A DNA stretch of 64,000 bases from Enoplolaimus lenunculus. Its lineage: Eukaryota. The DNA lies in NCBI GenBank assembly GCA_030248215.1, contig JASANG010002570.1:186001-250000 (forward strand). Reading direction: 5' to 3'. Positions 1 to 12,000 of the stretch are shown in pieces. The notes beneath the pieces are model-generated. The model saw nothing but the letters and a program-made list of their open reading frames with translations, did not search any database and was not told the DNA's origin. The translations under genes were made by a program, and so were the position numbers. Each line of letters opens with the position of its first letter. The first letter of the stretch is position 1.

Positions 1-83
1 CGCCCCTTAAAGTAACACTGGTGGCCCGTTTGAAAATACTTAATATCTGTGAAATTAAATTTTAAATTTTAAATTTTTTTAAG

Positions 84-3000
84 GTAAAATGCGGTCACTT
101 CGTTTATTCTACGGCGATCCTGAAGGTCCGACAGGCTCCGGGCAGCTTGTAATTGCGACTCCGGAATCTCGATACAAAATTTTACATTTTCATCACGGGG
201 GACTCGATAAATTGGCGTCAATATTCGAACAATGGAATGTGCTCAGGGCCAAATCAAAATGCGGGGTATTAAACGAAACGTTTGTGTTCATTTAACAGCC
301 TGCCCTGAGGGGGTCAGAGAAACTGGTGGACTTTGGCAAGCTTAGGTTTAGGCTTAGGCTTATTAAGCAGACCCGTATAAGTAATTAACATCAAACGGAA
401 TATGTGTTGAGATAGGTCCAGTACCGCATCTTGGAATTTGTACCAAATGACGTGAGGGGTGGTTTGTTGAGCTTGTGAGAGACAATAGAAGGATATACGT
501 ATAAAAATAATTTTCACGAAATTTGCGGAAATGTTAACAACAGGGGCGGAACAGTATTAACAGTATATTCTTGAGCCTAAGCCTAATCCTAATCCTAAGC
601 CTAAGGCTAAGCCTACGCCAAAAAATAGTCTAAAGCTTTTAAGCTTACTCTATTTCAGTGCCACACAAAATGTTCCACCCGTGATCTTTATTTGAGCCAA
701 ATCTGCTGTGTCGGTCGTCGCCACGGTTCTCAACTACAATTTACAGTCGTTTGTGATCCGCGACGTCACACGGCAGCGTCCAATTTTGAACACAACAGCG
801 AACCGCAATTTTGTTTAACCCTTTCTCACATGAATATTTTCTATCTCACCTGAGACCTACTTTTATGCTAGGATTCGAACTTCAGTGACTGGAGTGGGAG
901 GCGTATATACCATCACAGGAGTTTGACGCTCGAGCCCGAAGGCGCTCTCACGTCTTGTGGTGATTTAGTACTATGTGTACGTGTTGCAATTGTTAAACAC
1001 GGTGCGATATATTTAACGTGTATACACTGCGCTGAGTTGCCTGTAGGCAACTCAATGTGAGAAGAGGTTAACATTAACGTTTTGCAATTTATTTTTAGCA
1101 ATCACCAACTGGACTTCCGGATACGTTGAGCAGCAGGCAATTTGCAATCTGTCGTCCGTCGCTTGACGAATCTGACCAGCATTGCGAAGAAGGTTTGTAC
1201 GAACAAGTGACGTTGGAGTTTTGGCAGAGTTGCATTGATCACAACGGAACGATTGTGGATCCACCGAGCTTAAGAAAGGTCGGAAGATATTTTCTTACAC
1301 CCACACCAGTAGCCAGCTCACCTTGCTACGGTGGCGGACTAAATATTTTTCAGGAGGTGCATACAAGGGCTTTCGATGACTTACAAGCTAGGTTGAAGAT
1401 TTTCAAAGGGGTCCAGCGGTAAAAAATTTTCAGAGTAGGGGGCCGAGTCCCCCTCCCCCAGCCCCTGTCGCAACGAATCCGCTTACACCTATGTCGCGTT
1501 TGCTTAAGGTCTAGCCGATGAAACCTAGTGTTATTATATACTTGCTTTACTTAACGCGGAATGGAAACAACTCTTTATGCTACATTGATTGATACAACAG
1601 TTATCAAAATGTTACTGTTTGGAGATCTTATAATACATTAATAGAACCAGAAAATGACCCTAGTTTGTCACTTAAATCTCGGTACCCTTAGAAACTGTCG
1701 AAAGATTGACTTTCAATCACAAATTTCAGACTTCAGTAAACCATCAAATATGACACTGTTGCGCTAAAACGCTAAAAGCGATGAACATAGGGCTTATTTT
1801 TTCTGAAATCAGGGGAAAATTTTACAGGATCGGACTCAGTTCGTCCTGATTTAAGCACTAAAAATGTTTTACATTTGTCATCATGTAATACATTTAAGGA
1901 AAACTATTGTAGTTTCTCACAAATTCTGAACCAATAACTAAATTGATTTGGCTGAAGTATAAATCAACTTTCGCTGGTCATTGATCAGTGCCGGAGCAGC
2001 CACCCCCATACCCTCTTTCGAGGGCCCCCACCCCCAAAAAAGACCCCACCCTAACAACGTTTTAAACAAAACATTTCAAAAATATTTTGATCATCGCAAA
2101 GGGCCTTTACTCCTTAATTTTGGAGGCTCAACTCTAGCCTGCCACGGCACTGCCTTTGATTATTAATATTTTTGTCATATTTTAGGCAATATTTTTCGGC
2201 GGTGTAGAACCTTCGTTACGACGGGATGCTTGGCCATTTTTGCTTGACGTCTATCCGTGGACGTCCACACGGGAAGAACGCGAAGAAATTAGAAACGATT
2301 TGTGTTTGCGGTATCAGAACATTCGTAATCAAAGGTAAATCATGTCTGCTCTTCGAGTTAAAACGGTTCGTTCTAAGGATTCGTTGAGTCCAAGTCCTTG
2401 AGCTGTAGATTCTGCTCTTTTAGTGTAGCACCAATCACCAGTTGAAAGTCAACGATGGGTTTCGGAATTCGGGGTACATTTTGTCAATTTCATTTATGCA
2501 AATTGCACAATGTCATGCGTACACCAGGTGACTTTTGAGGGAGTAATGTGCAGTGTACTGAAGCGTTTTTTGGCTTCAGTGCGCCACACACTACCCCTCT
2601 CAAAAGTCACCTGGTGTACGCATGATATTGTGGAAATTGCATTACGCTGCTATGAAGGGTGTAGCAGTCACGGGTGGTTTTAATGGTACAAACCACCTCC
2701 TTCTATGAGATTTTTGTAAAAATGATTTTTAGATACTTTTTCAGTTTGTAGCGCAATAAAACCTCACTTTCGAAAGTTTCATAGAACGTGACTCTGTGAT
2801 CGAGAGCGCTGGTATGAGTGAGTATTAATAGGCCAACTAACCTACCTTTCAATAGCCAGGTTACATCTGTTTGCTGCTGAACGGTAATTTAGGTCTGCAG
2901 CAATGACATGTTCATTGTTTGAGTGCGTATTTACTGGCTGTAAATGCTGAACCACAGTCCAGTCCGCCACACATCGGTATACGTGCTGTAGGAACCCGAA

Positions 3001-6000
3001 TAAGAATGGGAGAGGATTTTGTTTTAGTCCCTCCGTAAGGTCTAACTAGAGTTTGTAAAATAAGCGGCCCATGTAAAAATCAGGGGCGGCCCAAAAGATC
3101 ACGGGCGGAACATTTTTACCTGCGTGGGACTGCAATGAGTAAGCTTAAGCTTTAGACTAATTGTTTGCTTTGGTTTAGGCTTAGGCTTAGGCTTAGGAAT
3201 ATGCTCATTCTTACGCTTAGGCTTAGGCTTAGGCTTAGGAATATACTTATACTACTGTTCCGCCCCTGTTTATTTACATGGCCAAAGAAACAAACGCAGA
3301 AGAACGGCGTAGACTTTTCTGAACAGAATTTTAATCTATAAATAATACTTCGTAACCAATCAGTTCTGCCCAAAAGAAAGAATATAAAAAAGAAGGGAGT
3401 TGAGTCCGGTGATGCAGCTTCAAGATTGGTGCCCCTGTTTCGCTGAACGTCTGCTAGGTCATTGGCTCCGATAACCAGTGACTGAAACTTTATCGTTGTT
3501 ACTCGCGTTATTGATTTGATCGATCACGAACTTATTTCTTCTGCTACGCTAGATTAACGTTTAAAGATGTCCTTTCAACCGTACCGCTTTAACTTTCATC
3601 GTCGCCAAGAATTACGTATTGCTTCGTGGAATGTGCGAACTTTATTACCGTCTGGTGCTACTGATATTGTTTCACGTACTCTTTCCCGACATGACATTAA
3701 CATTGCTTGCTTATCAGAAACTCGTTTTCCTGACAGTGGTTGCAAACCGATATTACCATGTTTTAAAACTGACAATCGTCGCCAACGTTTCACCGACAGT
3801 AACTTTCGTTATCCGTGTACAGTTTGTTTGGGTAATGCAACTCGTGGCTCAATTGGTTGTACGAAGTGTGGACTTTGGTGTCACTATACGTGTGCTGGTT
3901 TCGACTGTATACGCACTGCCCGTGCCTCTGCTGCCGCATGGAAATGCATCGTCTGCCGTGATGAAGAAAAAGCGAACGAAGACCTGCCAAAGAAGAGCTA
4001 CACCTTGTACTGGTCAGGACCGTCCGATGGAAGCGGAAATCATGGGGTGGGGATCGCCCTAGAACAATCGTTGGCAAGTTGCGTCAAAGCGTACGACTTT
4101 ATTAGCCCCCGAGTGATGCGCATCCGTGTCAAGTGCCGTCCCTTTAACCTGTGCATTGTGTCCGTCTACGCTCCTACAGAAACCTCCACAGACGCCGTGA
4201 AAGATCAGTTCTACAGTGAAGTCGACACTGCACTAGCCGGCGTTGCCAAGTCTGACTTCCTGATCGTCGCCGGCGACTGGAATGCCCAACTCGGTCCGCG
4301 ACACCCATGTGAAGGCAGCATGCTGGGCCCGTTCAGCCTGGGCACCAGAAGCAACAATGGAGATCGGCTAGTCTCGTTGATTGGTCAACAACGGCTGTTC
4401 GCCACGAATACGGGATTCAAGCATAAGCGCCGCCATCTTGCCACCTGGATGTCTAATGCCGGGAATGCCGAGAACCAAATCGACTTCATCCTGGTGCGTG
4501 ACCGATGGAGAACCTCAGTGCTGGACAGCAGAACGTTCTGGGGCAACGAATGGAGCTCCGACCATGGTCTTGTCCGATGCCGTGTGAGGATTCGCTTCTC
4601 CGCGTCCAAATCCCGCCCGATGAAGAAGCGATACGATGTCGATCGTTTCAAGGTCGTGGAAACGCGAGAAGATTTCCGGCAGACCTATGTCCGTGTCGGA
4701 ACCGCCCACAATGTTGATGCAGATGTGGAGCAGAGGTGCGCACTCATGGCCACAAACCTGAACCAGGCCTGTTCCGAGACGCTCGGTGTCCGCCGCATCA
4801 ACCGCTCTGGTTGGATCTCAAACGAAACGATATCACTGATGGACCAGCGAAGAAGTCAGCCAAAGTGCAATAGACTACGAAATGCAGTCAGACGAGCAGT
4901 TGCTGGCGACCGTGAAGTCATGTGGACCCGATTCGTGGTCGATGCAGAGCAAGCAAACAGGGTCGGTGATTCGCGAAAGCTGTTCCAGATGGTCAAGTCC
5001 CTGAACAAGAAAGGCTGTGCCCCCCCGACGCTGAAAGACCGAAACGGCATTTTGATTGATGGGAAGCAAGCGAAGCTAGACAGATGGGCTGAGCACTTCA
5101 AGGAGTTGCTTAACCGACCAAGCCCAGCAAACCCACTGTCCGCCGAAGACCTTGGCACCCCGATCCCCGCCACCTGCATTCGCGTGGAGCCGCCTAGCCT
5201 GGAGGACGTCAAGAAGGCAATCAGATCGACCAGATCAGGAAGAGCAGGTGGAGAAGATGGTCTACCGCCCGAAGCCTACAAATACGGTGGTGAGCCGGTC
5301 GCCACTGACCTGGTGTCCCTTTTCGAAACTATATGGCGCAGCGAGTCGATCCCATCCGACTGGGAGATCGCCGAAGTTGTCCCGCTGTTCAAGAAGGGCG
5401 ATAAGAGCATGTGTAAGAACTACCGGGGAATCAGCCTCCTCGACATCGCGTCCAAGATTCTAGAAGCAGTCCTGATGGACCGCATCAAGCAATGGCGCGA
5501 CCCGCTTACCCGTGAGAACCAAGCTGGGTTCCGGGCTGGAAGAAGCTGTGCCGACCAGATCTTCACCCTGCGCCAAGTAATTGAAACACGGAACGAATTC
5601 GGGCGAGCAACATTTATTGGCTTCGTCGATTTCGCAGCAGCCTTCGATAGCATCGATAGAGATAGCCTGTGGCTGATAATGGCGGCTTCTGGAGTCCCGC
5701 AGAAGATTATATCGATGTTCCGGGCCCTCTACCGATCGACGAAATGCCGTGTAGGGGTATACGGTACCGCGACCGACACCTTCGAGATCCACACCGGTGT
5801 GCGTCAGGGAGGCATCTCTTCACCCATTCTCTTCAACTGGTGCGTGGATTGGTTGCTCAAAGTGTCCTTCGATGACCACGATGACGGGGTCCTGATGGGT
5901 AGCGAAACCGATGACAGCTCCGTCCTGTCCGACCTGACGTTTGCGGACGACATAGCCGTGCTCGCTGAAAGCCCAGAGCAGCTCCAGAGAATGTTAGATC

Positions 6001-9000
6001 GGCTGGATGAGAACGCGAAGCGCATCGGCCTGGTGATCAGTACGGCGAAGACGAAGATCCTGTGCTGTGGCACCGAAACAAGACCGAAAATAAGCATCGC
6101 CAGAGAAACCATTGAAGTGGTGGTCGACTTCACCTACCTTGGCAGCTCAATATCCTCTTCCGGCGATGGGTCTACCGAAATCCGCACCAGAATTGCAAAG
6201 GCGTACAACGCCATGCTGGCGCTGAAAGCTGTGTGGGGAAACCGGAACCTGTCAAAACAGCTGAAACGCCGGATCTACATGGCCTGCGTTCGACCGGTGC
6301 TCCTCTATGCCTGTGAAACGTGGCCGATCAAGGCTAACCACGAGCGGCGACTGGATGCCTTCGACCACCAAATGCTGCGCTGGATACTGCACGTCTCCTA
6401 CCGTGACCACGTTACAAACGTCGAAGTTCGCAGGCAAATGGGCATCAAGGAAACCGTTTCGGAGTCGATCCTCAAGCGGCGGCTATATTGGTTCGGGCAT
6501 GTCGCGCGTATGGAAACCGTTCGCCTACCGTTCAAATCTTTGTTCCACCCTATTCCGGCTGATGAGGGATGGCGTCGGCCCTTCCGAGGAGTGCGCAATA
6601 CATGGCAACGCAAGCTGTTCAAGGATGTTAACTGTCGACCTGTCCATGATATCGTAAACCGAAATGCGGCTGTTTTCAAACGTGACTATCTGACTCTTTT
6701 ACGACAATTGGCTATGGACAGAAGTGGCTTTGTGTTATTGGTTGATAAAATCGCGAGCTGCAAATGACCCTATGGGTTACGCAAATGATGATGATGATGA
6801 TGAAGTATAACATGGGAAGATATAAAAGTAAATAACAGTCCGTAACCGAATAGCAGGTGCTTACCCTCGGAGAGACAAATTAAATATCAATCCAACCCGC
6901 CCACATTTCAAAGCATGGCTACGACCCTGGGTAGGATCAAAGAGCAACGCATGTGAGTTATGTGTATTATACAAAGCTTGGTAAGTGGCATACTCCTGTC
7001 TAGAGTCATCATTACACGGTTCTTACGTTCTAAATTATAAATGTCAGGGGGTAAATTTGCTTGCTCGCCCCAATGTTTAAGGGTTGCGCTTTGGTTTTTT
7101 GACCCGCGCGGCATCGCTGACTGTAGCTGTGATAAATTTTTTTGCCATATCAGATTCAGAATTTCCACATTTTAATCGTATAGGCCTATACTTGTTGTGA
7201 TATAAAAATTCTGCATCAGTCATCTATTAGATTATTTTGGATAAAGTTAACTTGTCGATAATTGATTGTAGTTTAGCTTTACAGAAGCAAAAAAGATTGC
7301 CAATTTGTTCAAGCGACGTTTTTGAGAATTGTTTCCAGCCAACACACACCCTAAATCAATATTACACTTTTTAATATAAATTATCCGTATAATCACAAAT
7401 TTTGTATATAGTTTTTGATTCCGATTCCGATTCCGATATAAATTTGCTGTTCCGATTCCGATTTCGGTATAAATTTGCTGTTCCCATTCCAATTCCGGTA
7501 TAATCCAGTTCCGCTTTGCACCCTGAAGTATAGTGCAACCCTAAGTGAACTGAAGTCTTCTCAATAATAAAATCGATATTTTCAGATTGAAAGAAGCGTT
7601 CAAATCGAAAAAAGGCAGCAATTTATGGTCAAGTATTGAAGCGACCGTAAGCAAAGACGTTGTCCGAACTGACAGACGAAATCCATTCTACGAGGGTGAC
7701 AACAATCCTAATGTTGATATCATGAGGTGAACATTTCAATAATTTTTTGGAACCAGAAGTGGGGGCGTAACGTCGAATTTTGATACAGAACGCACTGACA
7801 TTTTATTGAATAAAGTTTTATTTCAACATCATTGGGATACGGTAGGTGTAGCCAAATGTAAAGACCATTGGAATAGGCTTCACAAAATTGTTGGCCAGTG
7901 TAAAGAACAGGGGCGGAACAGCACTGTAAGCATATTTCTAAGCCTAAACCTAGGCCTAAGCCTAAACGTAAGAATGAGCATATTCCTAAGCCTAAGATGC
8001 CTAAGCCAAGCAAAAAAAATTAGTCTAAAGCTTAAACTTACTCTATTGCAGTCCCACAGAAAAACGCTCCGCTCCCTAATCTGTACATGGGCCAAATTGT
8101 TAATAAAACTTACAGTCGTAGCCCAATAAGAATGAAGGAGAAAAACGAAATATTGGCCGTGTTTTATAGACATATCCTAGTCAACTTTGCATGTCAGTTT
8201 CGGGAACTCGGCTACATCCAAGGTATGTCGGATTTGCTCGCTCCAATTTTATTCGCTCTTCGCGGCTCAGAATCGGACGCTTATTGGTGCTTTGTGGGTT
8301 TGATGAAGCGAACAACGTTTGTCGTTTGTTCACCTGTCCAGTCACCGGCCAGTTGCACGACAGCATCACAGCCAATCAGAACGCGAGGTTTGCCGCAGTC
8401 ACCACCAGTACATCAAGAAGCTGGACAAGTATCTGAAATTGATACAACGTCAAATTCGATGGATAAAAATTTGGTAAATATTACTTTAGTTTTTTTGCAT
8501 GTGTAAAATTTAGGATGTTTAACGGTTAAATTTCAGCTTCGAAACCAAGAAATAGATGATGTGAGCAGGGTGCGACCCGAAATTTCGGTTCCGGTTCTGG
8601 CAGTATTTTCACATTTTGGTTCCGGTTCCTGTAAATTTTTACCGAAAATAAAAATTTCGGTATTAAAACTTGGTTAGTGGAAATTGAGATGTTTTGCTAA
8701 AAATGACAATAAAAATTACATAGACTTCATTAGTATAGTATGCAAACCTTGACAATCGCCGAAAATAAACAAACCATCGAAGGTAGATTTTGCTTCTGTG
8801 GATTATGGAGATGTAAACTACAGCAGATAAAGTGAAAAGCTATCTCCAACTAGGGATATTTCCGCCAACAATATTGCAAAAAACAATTAAAATTAATTTT
8901 TCGGTTCCAGTTCCGTTTCCGGCCGGTTCAGGTAAATTGTAATTCCGATTGCAGCCTGGGTGTGAGAATATTTCTTACAGGAATTGAAAATTAGGCAACT

Positions 9001-12000
9001 TTCAATGTTTTTGATGTCGGAAATTTTTGTAGGATATTTAATTGGGGGAGAGATTGCAACTTGAAAGCCCTGAATTGGTGTTAATAGACGTATGATAGAC
9101 AGATTTCGTTTAACGGTGAATAAAATATAACATAGAATTATGTTGATGCTGTCAAACAGTTTTAGCTTGGGCCGTTGGGGCACGGTAATTACATACATTA
9201 ATTATTAATAAAATGGTTGTTTGCCATACCACTGTTAGGTATAAACTCGTTTAGGCCAAATGAAGTGTCCTAACAACTTTCAATTCCTCAATCAGGTCTA
9301 CGCTTCCTGCCGTCCTAACTACAAGTTATGTGTGTAGAAGCTCAAATATTTTGTTATATTTGAAATAACATTAAGTTTGAACAACCTAAATTTTCATTGT
9401 AAATTTCGGTGAGTTCATTTTAACTCAGAATGGCTTGAATCTACTCAGAGCTGTGAGCTCTGAATTAAGTCTTTCAGGGTTCAGAATTCTGAATTGATTG
9501 AATGCATTCTAAATTAATTAATTAACCCAAAATTAAATCAGCGGACAGTGAGTTCGGGGTTACTGTTATTAACTCAGAAATAGCCAAAAATAACCAATTC
9601 TACTTCTGAGTTAATTAATATACTCATCTGAATTTACAGTGTATATCTTTGCCAGGAAATCTTGCGCGAACTGTTACGGCTGATGTACCCAGCATTTCAC
9701 GAGTATCTATTCACGTTGAGTCGAAGTCACCTAAGCTGTGTCGATGCATTGGAACTTTTGTTTACCCATCGTTGGATCCTTCTATGCTTCAAACGCGAGT
9801 TCCCAGAAAAGGTTGGTCAGCGCTCACGAATTGTTTTGTTTGATTTCCGCTTCTCGAAAAATATTACAGTTGAGTTGAAAAATTCAGTTCAAAATTGAGT
9901 TGAAGTGTTCAATGGCAAAATAGACGAGTTCGGGTTAACAAGCAGCCTCTAAAAGACTCAGAAAGACGGAGTATATACTCATATTATCCGGCAATGTGAT
10001 TACTAAGTAAATAATAAGCATCATGAACTATTAATATATACATGTCATGCTTGTGTTAGGATGTTTGACAAATATGAAAATTTACTCTTTGCTGAATTTT
10101 TCCTGGAATCATTTTTAATCAGTTTTTAAATTTGCAAGCATGACAGTAACCCAAAATGATTACGGGAAACAAACCATGACCCGATGCCTTGTACTGGCTC
10201 ACCTTCCTTACTATTGTTGCTAGCGTCGTTACAAATCAATAGGCAAACTTTTATCGATTGAAACTTCTTAGATGTAAGGGTGCCGACCGTCTCCGTACGG
10301 CACCGTCCGTCACAGTGCGGTATCATACGTGAATTTCGCACTACGATACCGTATGGTGACGGACGGTGACGGACGGCGCTGTACGGACGACGGACGGCGC
10401 TGTACGGGCGACGGACGGCGCTGTACGGGCGACGGACGGCGCTGTACGGGCGACGGACGGCGCTGTACGGGCGACGGACGGCGCTGTACGGGCGACGGAC
10501 GGCGCTGTACGGGCGCGACGGACGGCGATGTACGGGCGACGGACGGCGCTGTACGGGCGACGGACGGCGTCGCACCGTGACGGACGGCGTTGTACGGGCG
10601 ACGGACGGCACCGGATGGGTAACGGACGACGCCGAACGTCAACAAATGCATAGCGCAACACAAAATCTACAAAACCAAGAACTGTTGACCTGAAATATGG
10701 TCATTAAATGCTAAAAGTCGCAATTAATTGCGAATTCTTCTCGATATTTAAGCAACGCACAGTCTACATTCTTGCAAACAAATCAAAAAAACAGCCTATT
10801 CCTAAACAATGAAAGACTATAAGTAAATTGTTAGAATTTTTCTGTTTGAACCAACAACTTTCAGGCAACAACAATTAACCTAATTAGAACAGTTTTGGAA
10901 AGTCAAAACTGTAAATTAAGCATATCCCTAAGGCTAAGCCTAACCAGTCATAAAGTATAAAACCTAAGCCTAAGCAAAAAAATATGGTTAAATTAAGCAT
11001 ATCCTTAAGCCTAACCCTAACCATTCAAAAAGTATAAACCTAAGCCTAAGCAAAAGATATGGTTAACATCTGAGCCTATTGTTGTGGAGTCTGACCAGAA
11101 AACGGAACGGCCCCAAAAGTAACATGGGACAGTAGGGTCAAAGACCTTTGACAGAGCATCCGTTTTATTATTATGAAACGAGAAAAAATCCCTTTTCACA
11201 AAAATGAAAACTTGCTATAAAACTTGGATACCTATAGTTTTAAGGTCAAAATCCCAACGTGGACTTAAAGTATTTGGCCCATGTATAGATGGGCGGAACG
11301 TTTCTCGGTGGGACTGCAATAGAGTAAGCTTAAGCTTTTAGACTAATTTTTTGCCTGGCTTAGGCTTAAGCTTAGGCTTAGGAATATGCCCATTCTTACG
11401 CTTAGGCTTAGGTTTAGGCTTTAGGCTTAGGAAAATGCTCATTCTTACGCTTACGCTTAGACTTAGGTGTATGCTTAGGAATACGCTTATAATACTGTTC
11501 AGTCGCAGGTTCTTTACATTCGCCAAGTATTTAAATATAGTTTTCATAAAATTTGAAATGAGTACGCAAAAGCATTTCACCGCTGTTCAAACATATACGC
11601 CCTGTAGGCCGTCTCGATACGACTAACAATTCCCATTAACAAGGCTTGTTTTCAGCAGGCGATGGCTATCTGGGAATCGTGTTGGTCATGCACGGAAACG
11701 CGATATTTTCATCTGTTCATTTGTCTCGCAATTATGATGGCGTACGGTCAAGACGTTATTGATCAAGCGTTGGTCCACGATGAAATTCTGCTTTATTTTG
11801 CATCACTTGCAATGCATATAGACGGCGAAATGGTGCTTAAAAAGGTGAGTTCGTAATACAACTGATCCGTTTGGTTCAGGTGTGACCGCTACTATTTTGA
11901 CCCTGTTATAGGTCTGCACGCTAAGCTCAAGCATAAGTCTAATTATCAGCCTACTGTTGCGACCGGAATAAGAGTCGGTTATGAAAGAGCGGATTCGATT

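Noticed and set aside
3596..6679. Short alternative-frame and antisense ORFs over the RTE
   Set aside because: Shadow ORFs of a GC-rich coding region with no recognisable motifs.
10126..10663. Overlapping repetitive ORFs (RRPYSAV, RATDGAV)
   Set aside because: Translations of a 21-bp minisatellite.
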